Of a stretch of DNA of 48,088 nucleotides, positions 38,757 through 48,088 are shown piece by piece. The position numbers and the translations under genes were made by a program. The DNA is taken from sequence record DRR723986_712; one strand, written 5' to 3'. Below the pieces are notes generated by a model. That model was not told where the DNA came from and searched no databases. It saw only the letters and a program-made list of their open reading frames with translations. How positions within the stretch are numbered: position 1 is the first letter of the stretch; each line of letters starts with the position of its first letter.

Positions 38757-40508
38757 CTATCGGCTCGAGTCTCTCTGCGATAGTGCGTCGTCCACTGCCC
38801 CCGAAATGAATTCTGCGAGCCGGCCGGGCCGCTCATGGAGCATGATCGAACCGGCATCCGGCTCGATCGTGAAGCGTGCATCATGCAGGCGTTCGGTGAC
38901 TGCGCGTACATCGTCAGGCCGGACGATACGGCATTTCTCTGGCTGCAGCCAATATTGCGGGCAGCGCACCTCATTGAGATGCGGCCCCCAATCTGAGTGT
39001 TTGGACAATTCGTCGAGATAAAAGGGCGAGCCGCCTTGTTCGCAGGCGTGAAATATTCCCAGTGCGTGCGCTTCCAAGGCACCGGGCCGGGCCAGGGCCC
39101 GCATGTCTGCCTCTGATTGGCTGTAGCGGTCGATCAGGAAATGCTTGGCGCCGCGTCGCCTGAAACTGCGCAGGCCCAGCGCATTGCTCAGTTTCAGGAC
39201 CGATGGGGCATGCCGTGCAGACATGGCTGCCAGCCGGACGCGCCGGTCCATGCCGGAATAGTGTTCCTTCGAGAGGGGGATACCACCATTCACCAGGATA
39301 AATGATGCGGCGCGCGGGCCAAGCGCATTGACGAGCCGTGCTCCATGGCTGGTGCCAAGTTGCTGCGCGATGACATGCACTTCTCCGCTCGTATGCTGAT
39401 CGATCACAGCCAGTGCATCCTGAAGGCTTGTTTCCTCGAACGCCGCCTCGGTCTCCGGCGGGCTGGTATAGCCATAGCTTGGGCGGGAAGGAGCCAGTAG
39501 CGTGAAGTCCCGCGCTGCAAGATGCTCCAGGAATTCAGTCTGGAAGAACGGTCCCTGGATCAGGGCGTGGAGGAAGACGAGCGTACGCTTGCCTGTTCCA
39601 TGCCGGTAAAACGCAACCGTTCGCCCTGCGCGTTGCAGCGTATGCATGTGTTCACGCGGCGTGGTCCAGCTCGTCAGCAGGTCATCACCGGACGCCCCGG
39701 GGATCTGATGGAGCATGAAGGCAATGCCTGCAGACAGCTGCACCAGGTCGGCAATGCGGGCGCAGCCGGTCTTCCGCAGGATGCTCTTTGACTGAGCCTT
39801 GATCGTTTCGGTCGAACGTCCGCGCTCATCGGCGATCTGTTTCGGGGTCTTGTTTGAGAGGTAGCCGGCGAGCACCTGAGTTTCAGACTCTGTCAGGCCG
39901 AGCGCCGTGCCCAGCCTGTCCAGCAATGTCTCGGACCAATGGACGAAGGACAGGGAGATGCGAAGGGCCGCGTCTGGGTCTGCCGGCCGGTGGATCAGGC
40001 CAAGACATGTGCTTTCGGCATCTTCGCCGATATTGCCCAGGAAAATCCTGTCCTGTTCTTCTGTCCGGTTCAGCGTCTTGTGGATCAGCCCCCGTGTGTC
40101 TGGATCCAGTGGTAGCTCTTCCAGCGGCACAGGCAGGTCGCATTTCAGTAACACGCTTGCAGCATCATTGCCGCTGACCTGCAGGCTGCCGGGCCTGATC
40201 TGCAGGACGGCGTGATACGGATCCTGACTGACTGATTGCGACTTCTCCAGCGCGACGGCCATGTCGAAGATTTCCAGCAACCGATCCGTGTGCGTATCAA
40301 GTTCCGATTGTGCGGCCTCATTCTGCAGGACAGACGGGCTGATCTCGCCGGTCTTCAGGTTCACGGCAAAAAAATCGTGCGCTGTGTCCAGGAAACTTTC
40401 AAAGGCCGTGTTGTCCAACGGGACCTGATAAGCGACGCCAAGCAATTCGATATAAGGTGCTTCTGCCGCTGTATCTGAGGAGGGCGGTTTCACGATGTCG
40501 GAACTCAC
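38757..40508 (-). CDS. LuxR-type HTH regulator fused to an alpha/beta-hydrolase-fold domain
   Basis: LGLTESETQVL..YL...TPKQIADERGRSTETIKAQSKSILRKTG; then VFLHA, PSRPSYGYT hydrolase fold. Confidence 0.85.
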   Translation of the reverse strand: MSSDIVKPPSSDTAAEAPYIELLGVAYQVPLDNTAFESFLDTAHDFFAVNLKTGEISPSVLQNEAAQSELDTHTDRLLEIFDMAVALEKSQSVSQDPYHAVLQIRPGSLQVSGNDAASVLLKCDLPVPLEELPLDPDTRGLIHKTLNRTEEQDRIFLGNIGEDAESTCLGLIHRPADPDAALRISLSFVHWSETLLDRLGTALGLTESETQVLAGYLSNKTPKQIADERGRSTETIKAQSKSILRKTGCARIADLVQLSAGIAFMLHQIPGASGDDLLTSWTTPREHMHTLQRAGRTVAFYRHGTGKRTLVFLHALIQGPFFQTEFLEHLAARDFTLLAPSRPSYGYTSPPETEAAFEETSLQDALAVIDQHTSGEVHVIAQQLGTSHGARLVNALGPRAASFILVNGGIPLSKEHYSGMDRRVRLAAMSARHAPSVLKLSNALGLRSFRRRGAKHFLIDRYSQSEADMRALARPGALEAHALGIFHACEQGGSPFYLDELSKHSDWGPHLNEVRCPQYWLQPEKCRIVRPDDVRAVTERLHDARFTIEPDAGSIMLHERPGRLAEFISGAVDDALSQRDSSR

Positions 40509-40530
40509 TACCAGTCAACACACAGGAATG

Positions 40531-40560
40531 GCTGGTGCGTCCCGCAAGGGCCGCACCAGC
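40531..40560. terminator. Strong hairpin between the ADH and LuxR genes
   Basis: GCTGGTGCG-T-CCC-GCAA-GGG-C-CGCACCAGC. Confidence 0.55.
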
Positions 40561-40619
40561 GTTTGCCAGCATATTCAGGCAGTCTCGTTGCGGCAAGCCG
40601 ACAAGACCCGGCGTCCGGG

Positions 40620-41720
40620 TCAGTCAAACACAACGACCTGACGGGCGACGGTGCCCTTGTTGTCCTTCAGGTTCTGCAAGGCGCCCGTGATGCCGTCGAG
40701 ACCGATCCGGTCGGAGACGAGATCATCAAGGTGCAGCTTGCCTTGCCGGTAGAGTTCCACAAAGCGCGGGAAGTCGATGCGGAACCGGTTGGAGCCCATG
40801 ACAGCGCCCTGCAGGCGTTTCTCCGTGACCAGAAGTTCGATGCCCGGCACTTCGATGTTCACGCCCGGCGTGATCATGCCGATCACCGTGGCGACGCCGC
40901 GCGGGCGCAGCATGTGATAGGCCTGTTCAGCCGTCTGCTTCAGGCCGACACATTCGAAGGAATAGTGCACGCCGCCCTTGGTCAGTTCCTTGATCGTCTC
41001 GACCGCATCCACCTTGGACGGATTGACCACATCGGTGGCGCCGAAGCGGACGGCCATTTGTAGTTTCTCATCAGAGAGGTCGACGGCGATGATCCGGCTG
41101 GCCCCGGCAATCGCGGCGCCATTGATGGCGGACAGGCCGACGCCGCCGCAGCCAACCACGGCAACGGTCGAGCCGGGCTCCACCTGCGCCGCATGGAAGA
41201 CCGAGCCGACGCCGGTGATCACGCCGCAGCCGATCAGGCAGGCGCGGTCCAGCGGCATGTCCTTGTCGATGGCGCAGAGCGTGTTCTCGTGCACCAGGAT
41301 CTGTTCGGCAAAGGAGGAGAGGTTCAGGAACTGGCCAACCTTTTCGCCCTTGATCGACAGGCGCGGCGCCTCCGTCATCTGGCGCTGGAACTGTTCCCGG
41401 TTGATCGTGTGGCAGATCGACATGTGCCCGGAGAGGCAGTATTCGCACGTGCCACAGAAGGGCGAGAGGATGGAGATGACATGGTCACCCGGTTTCACCG
41501 CCGAGACCATGGAGCCGACCGCCTCCACAACACCGGCGCTTTCATGGCCGAGGATCACCGGCACTTCGGTCGGGAAATTGCCGTCCCAGAAGTGAACGTC
41601 GGAATGGCAGACTCCGACGGCCTTCAGCCGGACGAGGACTTCGCGCGGACCGGGCTTGTCGATGGTGACCTCTTCAATCGACAGCGGCTTGTTGGGCTCC
41701 CGCATCACGGCAGCTTTCAT
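40620..41720 (-). CDS. Zn-dependent alcohol dehydrogenase (class III-like MDR)
   Basis: GGAGG RBS; GVCHSD, GHE, CGTCEYC..G...C, GCGVITG, GCGGVG. Confidence 0.93.
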   Translation of the reverse strand: MKAAVMREPNKPLSIEEVTIDKPGPREVLVRLKAVGVCHSDVHFWDGNFPTEVPVILGHESAGVVEAVGSMVSAVKPGDHVISILSPFCGTCEYCLSGHMSICHTINREQFQRQMTEAPRLSIKGEKVGQFLNLSSFAEQILVHENTLCAIDKDMPLDRACLIGCGVITGVGSVFHAAQVEPGSTVAVVGCGGVGLSAINGAAIAGASRIIAVDLSDEKLQMAVRFGATDVVNPSKVDAVETIKELTKGGVHYSFECVGLKQTAEQAYHMLRPRGVATVIGMITPGVNIEVPGIELLVTEKRLQGAVMGSNRFRIDFPRFVELYRQGKLHLDDLVSDRIGLDGITGALQNLKDNKGTVARQVVVFD

Positions 41721-41807
41721 GGCATTTCCTCCGGTTGTGTTTTGCTTTTTTCTAAGCATCGCGCCGAAACCGGGATTTGACCAGAGTTGCCGCTGGGGGA
41801 GGGCGGG

Positions 41808-42629
41808 TCAGCCGAATTGCGTGAGCGCCTGACGCGTCGCATCGTCTGCGGGGAACAGGAGTTCGAGGCGCAGGTCCCGGATCGTGACGTCCTCGCTTGT
41901 GCCGAAATGGGCAATCGTCGACAGGAAGCTGAGCTGGCCGCCCGGCGTGTTGAGGATGAGGGGCACCACCGGGCTACGCGGCCCGGCCGATTTGACCGGG
42001 TGCCGCTGGCAGGCCGCTTCAAGGGCGGCAAGATGGTCCATGAGGATTGCATCGCCCGGGGCCTCCATCGCCTCAAGCCGGATACGGCCGCTCATCTCGG
42101 CGAGAACGTCGGGCAGGTTCGCAACAAGGCCGGGCGCGTCCGGATTGTCGGTCAGGATGCGGACAGCGTTGAGCGGCTGGATGCCTTCGCCGAGGGCGGA
42201 GAGCAGCGCTCCTGCCACCGGATTGGCATCAAGGATGTTCCAGTGCCGGTCGCAGACCATGGCCGGGTTCGGCGCATGCCGGGCGATCATGTCCGAAAGC
42301 ATGTCGCGGAAGGGCTTCAGGGCGTCGGAATCGAGTTCCGATGCCGGGAAGGCGGCAGTGAAGCCGGCTGCCTGTAGCAGCGCGTTGCGCGTCCCCAGCG
42401 GCAGCATCAGCCCGTCTGCGAGCTGCATGACCATTTCGCGGCTGGGCTTTGCCCGGCCGGTTTCGAGAAAGGACAGGTGACGGGCAGAGATGCCGCATTC
42501 CAGCGACAGATCCAGTTGGCTGAACCGGCGGGCCATGCGGTGATGCCGCAAGGCGTCGGCGAAGGCCGGACGTCCGGCCAGTAATTCAGCCAGTAATTGC
42601 GTGTCGGTCCGGGTGTCAGTCGGGGGCAT
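41808..42629 (-). CDS. XRE-HTH regulator with MmyB-like ligand-binding domain
   Basis: SQLDLSL..GISARHLSFLETGRAKPSREMV, RNALL.AAGF, PAMVCDRHWNI..AN, LRLELLFPAD. Confidence 0.9.
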   Translation of the reverse strand: MPPTDTRTDTQLLAELLAGRPAFADALRHHRMARRFSQLDLSLECGISARHLSFLETGRAKPSREMVMQLADGLMLPLGTRNALLQAAGFTAAFPASELDSDALKPFRDMLSDMIARHAPNPAMVCDRHWNILDANPVAGALLSALGEGIQPLNAVRILTDNPDAPGLVANLPDVLAEMSGRIRLEAMEAPGDAILMDHLAALEAACQRHPVKSAGPRSPVVPLILNTPGGQLSFLSTIAHFGTSEDVTIRDLRLELLFPADDATRQALTQFG

Positions 42630-42662
42630 GCGCCACCGTCGCAGCGATGCGTGCGTGTGTCC

Positions 42663-42679
42663 ATTACCTCGCACGTAAT
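42663..42679. promoter_or_regulatory. Candidate XRE operator
   Basis: ATTAC-N7-GTAAT in the 105-bp divergent spacer. Confidence 0.55.
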
Positions 42680-42734
42680 TGCGGCGCTTACGCCTCACGG
42701 CAAAGTGACCGCATCAAACCAACAGGAGGGTCAG

Positions 42735-43157
42735 ATGACCGGGATTTGGAAAACGTGGATGACGATTTGGGCCTGGGGCGTGGTCGCCTTCGGGGTGCTG
42801 CTTGCGGCGGGGGCCTTTCCGGGCGTGGACAAGCCTGCCCACACACTGCTCACGCTTTTCGGCAGCCTGCCGGATGGCGGCGCCATTCTGTCGGACCGGG
42901 CCATGCGTTTCGGCGTGGGCTTGATGGGCGCCGTCACGATCGGCTGGGGCCTGACGATCGCTTTCCTCCTGCCGGCCATCTCTGCCGCGGGGGCCAGAGG
43001 CTGGCGCGCGCTGACGCTGGCCTTGGTCATCTGGTATGTGATCGACGGCATCATATCGATCGCGACGGGTTTTGGCGTGAACGCCGTGTCGAACACGGCG
43101 CTCGCCATTGCCTATTTCATCCCCCTCCTGGCATCAGGCGCGCTGCGCGCGGCCTGA
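42735..43157 (+). CDS. Small four-TM membrane protein of unknown function
   Basis: AGGAGG RBS; GLMGAVTIGWG, WYVIDG..SIATG...NAVSNT. Confidence 0.8.
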   Translation: MTGIWKTWMTIWAWGVVAFGVLLAAGAFPGVDKPAHTLLTLFGSLPDGGAILSDRAMRFGVGLMGAVTIGWGLTIAFLLPAISAAGARGWRALTLALVIWYVIDGIISIATGFGVNAVSNTALAIAYFIPLLASGALRAA

Positions 43158-43180
43158 CCCGGCGGTGGAGGCCTGGAAGG

Positions 43181-44773
43181 TTATTCGCTCTCCGGTCCGG
43201 CGACGAGACCGCTGGCACGGCCCATGACCTGGAAGATCTCGTTCTGCTCCATCACGCCGGAGATCAGTTCTGATCCGGGGCCGGACGCGAAGATGGCCAC
43301 ATCGTCGCCGCCATGGGTTTCAGACCACATCGGGTAGAGCGACTGCTGGAGGAAATCCTTGTCGGTCGTATCGACGCCGGTGAGGTCCTTGCGGGAGCAA
43401 TCGAAGCCATCCGCGGTGGCGGTGCAGGCGCCGGGGCCGTTCATGTAGCCGAGCGTCGTATAGGGCATGCCGTCGAGCGCCTTGGAGGGCGCACCGTCCA
43501 GAGACATCGAGGACAGGCCGAGGATCGGGTTGCCGCGCTTGGCATAGCCCGAAATGCTCAGCGTGTGGGAATGGTCTGCTGTGACGATAATCAACGTATC
43601 GTCCGGATTGGTCATCTCCAGGGCCGTCTTGATCGCCTGGTCGAACTGGTCGGCCTCTTCCAGCGCGCGGGCGGCATTCCCTGCATGGTGGGCATGGTCG
43701 ATCCGGCCGCCTTCGACAAGGAGCACGAAACCATCCGGATCCTGCGACAGACGCGTGATGGCGGCGCGGGTCATTTCGGAGATGGAGGGCTCGCCGGCCG
43801 GGTCTTCCGCGCGGTCGAGTTCGTATTCCATATGGGACGGCTCAAACAGGGCCAGCACCTTGTCTTCGCTTGTGAAGTCCTGTGCTTCGAAGCCTTCGCG
43901 GTCGATAAGGAGCTTGTGTGCCGGTTTGGCGGTCCAGTCGGCGAGAAGGTCGCGCTGGTCCTTCCGGTCACTGGTCTTGCCCGGATATTCAGGGTCTTCC
44001 GCGCCGCCCATCAGGAAGGCAGAGCGGCCGCCGCCCATGGCGACTTCAAATCCGTCACCTGCAGGCCAGTCGATGAACTGGGTGGCGATGTCGGGGCAGG
44101 CACTCGCCGCCGTGCCGCCGGAACCGACATAGGCTTCCCAGTCGCGGTTCGGCACTTTCGAATAAGCGGCGCCGGGCGTGGCATGGGTCAGCCGGGCTGT
44201 GGTGACGAGGCCGGTGGCGAGGCCGGCCTGTTCGGCGATCTCGAAGATGGAATCGGTCTTGTGACCTTCAATGCTGGCGCAATTGTCGTAGGACGCATCG
44301 CCGGTGATGCCGAGCGTGCGCGAATTGGTCTTCACGCCGCTCATCATGGCGGTCGCAGTGGAAGCGGAGTCGGCAATCTGGGCGTCGTGGCTATAGGTCT
44401 TGGACAGGGCCGAGTAGGGCATCTGGTCCATGGTCAGCTTGTAGGATTCACCGTCCACCCCACGCTTCTGACCCGCATAGATGCGTGCGGCGGTGACCGT
44501 CGGAATGCTCATGCCGTCACCGACGAAGAGGATGACATTCTTGGCCGGGCGCAGGCCGCGCGCCGCGATCTTCGCATCGATGGCTGCCTGCGCATTCAGG
44601 TAATAGGCGTTACCTGCCTGCTGCGGCACAGCAGGTTCCCGTTCCAGCGTTGCGACCGGGGAGGCAATCGGCTCGGCCACCGCCGCACTCTCCACAACGG
44701 TGGCTGCGGGCGTTGCCGCGCAACCTGCGAGGAAGAGAGCAATGACGGGCAGGGCGGTGACTGATTTGCGCAT
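43181..44773 (-). CDS. phoA: PhoA-family alkaline phosphatase (lipoprotein)
   Basis: Lipobox LAGC; KNVILFVGDGM, ADSASTATA (catalytic Ser), THATP, VEGGRIDHAHH, TADHSH, ETHGGDDV. Confidence 0.92.
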   Translation of the reverse strand: MRKSVTALPVIALFLAGCAATPAATVVESAAVAEPIASPVATLEREPAVPQQAGNAYYLNAQAAIDAKIAARGLRPAKNVILFVGDGMSIPTVTAARIYAGQKRGVDGESYKLTMDQMPYSALSKTYSHDAQIADSASTATAMMSGVKTNSRTLGITGDASYDNCASIEGHKTDSIFEIAEQAGLATGLVTTARLTHATPGAAYSKVPNRDWEAYVGSGGTAASACPDIATQFIDWPAGDGFEVAMGGGRSAFLMGGAEDPEYPGKTSDRKDQRDLLADWTAKPAHKLLIDREGFEAQDFTSEDKVLALFEPSHMEYELDRAEDPAGEPSISEMTRAAITRLSQDPDGFVLLVEGGRIDHAHHAGNAARALEEADQFDQAIKTALEMTNPDDTLIIVTADHSHTLSISGYAKRGNPILGLSSMSLDGAPSKALDGMPYTTLGYMNGPGACTATADGFDCSRKDLTGVDTTDKDFLQQSLYPMWSETHGGDDVAIFASGPGSELISGVMEQNEIFQVMGRASGLVAGPESE

Positions 44774-44835
44774 TTGGACCTCCGATGGATTCGACTTTGC
44801 TGCGTCGTAAGGTGTTTGTGTGACGGTTTTCTCCG

Positions 44836-45741
44836 TCAGTCGACAGCGACGCGCGGTTTGCGACCGCGTTGCGCCAGCCAGACTGCAAACAGGATCACGA
44901 CTCCGCCCATTGCCTGCAGGCCGGTCAGCGGTTCGTTGAACAGGTGCCAGGAGACGGCTGCGGCAACCACGGGCTGGACGAGCACGAGCAGGCCGGCCAC
45001 CGCAGCGGAGGTTCGGCCGAGCCCGGTCACGATCAGGGCCTGGCCGGCGATTTGCGAAACCAGCGCCAGGAATATCGGCACCCGGAAGCCCGCCAGCGAC
45101 TGAGGCAGGAAGGCTTCACCCGCCGCCATGACGATACATCCGGAGACGATGATCTCGACCAGCGTCAGCCAGAAAATCGCTTCGATGCCGCCAATCGTGC
45201 GCCGGGCAATGTTGGAGCAGAGCATATAGCCGCTGACGAGGAAGGCGGCGCCGACGGCGAACAGGTCCCCGCGAATATTGCCTTTGCCTTCCGCGCCTCC
45301 ACCGAGAGACAGCGCGGCTGCGCCCAGGATGGCCAGGGCCGCCGCGACGAACCAGAAGCCATGCGGGCGCTGTTTGAGGAAGAACCAGGCGCCGAAGCCG
45401 ACCAGGACGTTGCCGAGGTTCACGATGAAGGTCGCATTGGAAACGGTCGTCAGCGTCAGGGCGTGGTGCCAGAGCGCGATATCCAGCGCGAAGAAGGTGC
45501 CCGCCATCAGGATGAACCGGTTGGGCAGGCGCGGCGCGCGCCGCTCAATCAGGAAAACCAGCGCCAGCAACAGGGGCAGGGCGAAGACATACCGCCAGAA
45601 TGCGATGGCCTGAGGGCCCAGATCATCTAGACCGAACCGCAGACCGATCGGGGCAAAGCCAATGCCGACACCGCCGGCCAGAACCATCAGCGGCCCCGTC
45701 CAGGAACGTGGCGTTGGCGGGGAAGCGGGGATGGCTGTCAT
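44836..45741 (-). CDS. DMT/EamA-family transporter
   Basis: About 10 TM; AIAFWRY, TTVSNATFIVN, GDLFA, QPVVAA. Confidence 0.88.
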   Translation of the reverse strand: MTAIPASPPTPRSWTGPLMVLAGGVGIGFAPIGLRFGLDDLGPQAIAFWRYVFALPLLLALVFLIERRAPRLPNRFILMAGTFFALDIALWHHALTLTTVSNATFIVNLGNVLVGFGAWFFLKQRPHGFWFVAAALAILGAAALSLGGGAEGKGNIRGDLFAVGAAFLVSGYMLCSNIARRTIGGIEAIFWLTLVEIIVSGCIVMAAGEAFLPQSLAGFRVPIFLALVSQIAGQALIVTGLGRTSAAVAGLLVLVQPVVAAAVSWHLFNEPLTGLQAMGGVVILFAVWLAQRGRKPRVAVD

Positions 45742-46583
45742 GCAAGGCCTGTCATCCGGCGAAGGTCGTCCGGCGTCTTGCCTTCATCCCGCCAGGCGCG
45801 CAATCCCCTGTCGCCAGCCCGTTTCGACAGTTTCTTTCCGTCCGGCCCCAGAACGAGCGGATGGAAGCGGTACACAGGCTGCGGCCAGTCCATCAGTGCC
45901 TGCAGCAAGGCATGAACGGAAGTCATCTCCCTGATGTCCTCGCCCCGGATCACATGCGTCACACCCTGCAGGGCGTCATCATGACAGCAGGCGAGGTGAT
46001 AGGACGCCGGCGTCTCCTTCCGGCCGAGGACGACATCGCCAAACGGCTTTGGATCTGCCGGCACGGCGCGGGCGGTGCCGGTGCTTTCGTCGACATAGGT
46101 CAGGCTGGCGTAGCGCGGTCCCAGAACCTCCCGCGCCGCTGACAGTGACAGCCGCCAGGCAAACGCGTCCCCGCGCGCCAGACGGGTTTCTTCTTCCAGG
46201 GCGGGCAGGGGACGTCCGACAAACCCCCACTCGTCCGGTCTCCCGCCGGCCAGCATGGCGGCCGCGATTTCCCGGCGGGTCCGGAAACAGCGATAGACCA
46301 GCCCCCGGCCGCGCAAATCCTGCAGAACGGCGTCGTAGTCATTGAAATGATCGGACTGGCGCCGGACCGGCCCATCCCATTCGAGGCCCAGCCATATCAG
46401 GTCTTCAAGGATGGCCGTTTCGTATTCCGGACGGCAACGGGTCTGGTCGATATCCTCAATCCGCAGCAGGACCCGGCCATTCGCATCCCGGGCGGCATCC
46501 CAGACGTGAAATGCCGAACAGGCGTGACCAAGATGCAGGTATCCCGTCGGCGAAGGCGCAAAACGGGTGACGAATTCCGTCAT
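45738..46583 (-). CDS. gluQ: tRNA glutamyl-Q(34) synthetase GluQRS
   Basis: TRFAPSPTGYLHLGH, LRIEDID, VTHVIRGED, KLSKR; about 281 aa, with no anticodon-binding domain. Confidence 0.92.
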   Translation of the reverse strand: MTEFVTRFAPSPTGYLHLGHACSAFHVWDAARDANGRVLLRIEDIDQTRCRPEYETAILEDLIWLGLEWDGPVRRQSDHFNDYDAVLQDLRGRGLVYRCFRTRREIAAAMLAGGRPDEWGFVGRPLPALEEETRLARGDAFAWRLSLSAAREVLGPRYASLTYVDESTGTARAVPADPKPFGDVVLGRKETPASYHLACCHDDALQGVTHVIRGEDIREMTSVHALLQALMDWPQPVYRFHPLVLGPDGKKLSKRAGDRGLRAWRDEGKTPDDLRRMTGLA

Positions 46584-46724
46584 TTCGCTCTGTCTGCCTT
46601 CTGCTGCCAACCCTGACCCGATTGGCATGCTGTCCGATACGCCGTGCCCGCGTCAACAGCGTTTCCCTGTTGCATGCCCGGCTGAGGAACCGTATCGCCA
46701 AGAGGCTTGAAAGGGCCTAATTTC

Positions 46725-47792
46725 ATGCCTGTGACGGACTGGCTGACAACGGCAGGAACCTGGGCAGACGCCCATGTGCGAGAGACCCAGTATCTCGCAG
46801 CGCTGGGGCTTGTTCTCGGTGTGCTCGGTGCCGCATTTCTCCTGATCCTGACATTCCGTCTGATCGTGCGGCTGGTCCGCCGCCTTGGCGACATGCTGGC
46901 GGCCCGGTCCCTGCGGGCGGACAAGACGCCCGGTTACCGTATCATCCTGGCTCGTCCGGCCGGAGGCAAACGCGGCGCGACGATCAAGTGGCTGCAGGCT
47001 GCCCTCACGGACCATCTTACCGCGTTCAATTTCGGCGCGCCGTTCAGGATCGCACGCATGAGCGTTCTGCAGGGCGGGCTGGCGCCGAAGACCATTGCGC
47101 GGGCGCGCCGGCGCATGGCAGCGGCGGACGCCGACCTGTTTGTATGGGGCGAGCGGCATGGACGCAAAGACGATGGACTGGTCCTGCATGGCCTGACCCG
47201 GGGCGGCGGCCTCAGCCCGGCGAATGCCCGGTTGTTCACATTTTGCCTGCCGGCCCGCGATACGTCCCTGGAAGGGCAGATGCCGAAAGTAGCCGCGTTC
47301 CTGCTGGCCAAGAAACTGCAGCCCGGGCTCGGCAATCCGCAATCCTTCCGTCCCGAGAAAATCAGCCTGCTGGCCGAAGCGTTGTCCGGCATGCTGGACC
47401 ATGACGGCCCCATGCCGGCCGCGCTCCGCAACGAGATCGAGGGGGATTTCTGCGCGTCGGCCGTCCATGTCGCAGAAGAAGCGGGGGACCTTGCCGGGCT
47501 CGACCGCGTGATTGCCCTGCGCCGGGAACACCTGACCGAAGGGGCCGTTCAGGAGAACCCCGAACGCGCCATTCAGGCCCGGATGGATATTGGGCGGGCC
47601 CTGCTGGCCCGCGCAGCGAAGAAGTATGAGGCTGAACTAGTGCGAGAGGCGATCGGATACCTGTCTCAGGTCGTCGAAGCGCTACGCACCGATCCATCCA
47701 TCATGCGGGCACAGGCCGCTTCCGACGCCATGTTCAAGGCGCAGAGCCTGATGGAAACGCGAAAGCGCTTCGCCGTGAATTTCGGAACCTAG
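46725..47792 (+). CDS. Membrane-anchored hypothetical protein with TPR-like C-terminal helices
   Basis: N-terminal TM (LAALGLVLGVLGAAFLLILTF); ADLFVWG alpha/beta segment; helical ARMDIGRALL..., AIGYLSQVVEAL. Confidence 0.7.
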   Translation: MPVTDWLTTAGTWADAHVRETQYLAALGLVLGVLGAAFLLILTFRLIVRLVRRLGDMLAARSLRADKTPGYRIILARPAGGKRGATIKWLQAALTDHLTAFNFGAPFRIARMSVLQGGLAPKTIARARRRMAAADADLFVWGERHGRKDDGLVLHGLTRGGGLSPANARLFTFCLPARDTSLEGQMPKVAAFLLAKKLQPGLGNPQSFRPEKISLLAEALSGMLDHDGPMPAALRNEIEGDFCASAVHVAEEAGDLAGLDRVIALRREHLTEGAVQENPERAIQARMDIGRALLARAAKKYEAELVREAIGYLSQVVEALRTDPSIMRAQAASDAMFKAQSLMETRKRFAVNFGT

Positions 47793-47803
47793 ACCGCCGA
47801 ATC

Positions 47804-48088
47804 TCAGACTGAGAGGCCCACAGGGCATGAGACGCCTGTGCCGCCAATCCCGCAATATCCGGCCGGATTCTTGGCGAGGTATTGCTGGTGGTAGTCCTCA
47901 GCGAAATAGATCTTGTCCAGAGGGGCAACCTCGGTCGTGATCTTCCCGGCATGGCCCGCCTCGGCAAGGGATGTCTTGTAAGCCGCGATCATCCGCCGGG
48001 CTGTGTCCGCCTGTGCCTCGCTCGTCGTGTAGACCGCGGAACGGTATTGCGTGCCGACATCATTGCCCTGGCGCATGCCCTGGGTCGG
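47804..48088 (-). CDS. msrA: Peptide-methionine (S)-S-oxide reductase MsrA, 5' part outside the window
   Basis: [34 protein letters not shown]. Confidence 0.96.
   Translation of the reverse strand, partial: PTQGMRQGNDVGTQYRSAVYTTSEAQADTARRMIAAYKTSLAEAGHAGKITTEVAPLDKIYFAEDYHQQYLAKNPAGYCGIGGTGVSCPVGLSV

Noticed and set aside
45738..46583. Truncated gltX pseudogene
   Set aside because: Length and motifs fit an intact GluQRS, which naturally lacks the anticodon-binding domain.

Overview
GC-rich alphaproteobacterial chromosomal segment. Gene content and style suggest a Hyphomonas-like Hyphomonadaceae/Caulobacterales genome (inference). It is mostly core genome: lepA (partial, missed by the ORF track), ruvCAB with an alpha-type SOS box, argG, DUF952-pyrD, hrpB, rluA, rpmH (missed by the track)-rnpA-yidC-engB, argB-HAD-dapD, gluQ and msrA (partial). 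I found no tRNA/rRNA, CRISPR array, transposase, integrase or phage gene. The best candidates for uncharacterised systems are: (1) a tightly coupled DUF547(CxxxxC) / DedA-TVP38 / MerA-like flavin disulfide reductase / orphan histidine kinase operon, possibly a trans-envelope thiol-redox module; (2) a LuxR-HTH regulator fused to an apparently catalytically dead alpha/beta-hydrolase, next to a glycine-zipper lipoprotein with a palindromic operator; (3) a reductase-less Rieske oxygenase linked to SDR-DoxX and DUF2269 membrane proteins; (4) a secreted six-repeat Cys/Trp protein followed by a low-GC gene remnant after ruvB; (5) an acidic lipoprotein with a Fur-like box; (6) a 674-aa membrane-anchored coiled-coil protein. 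All family calls come from motif recognition by eye; no searches were run.
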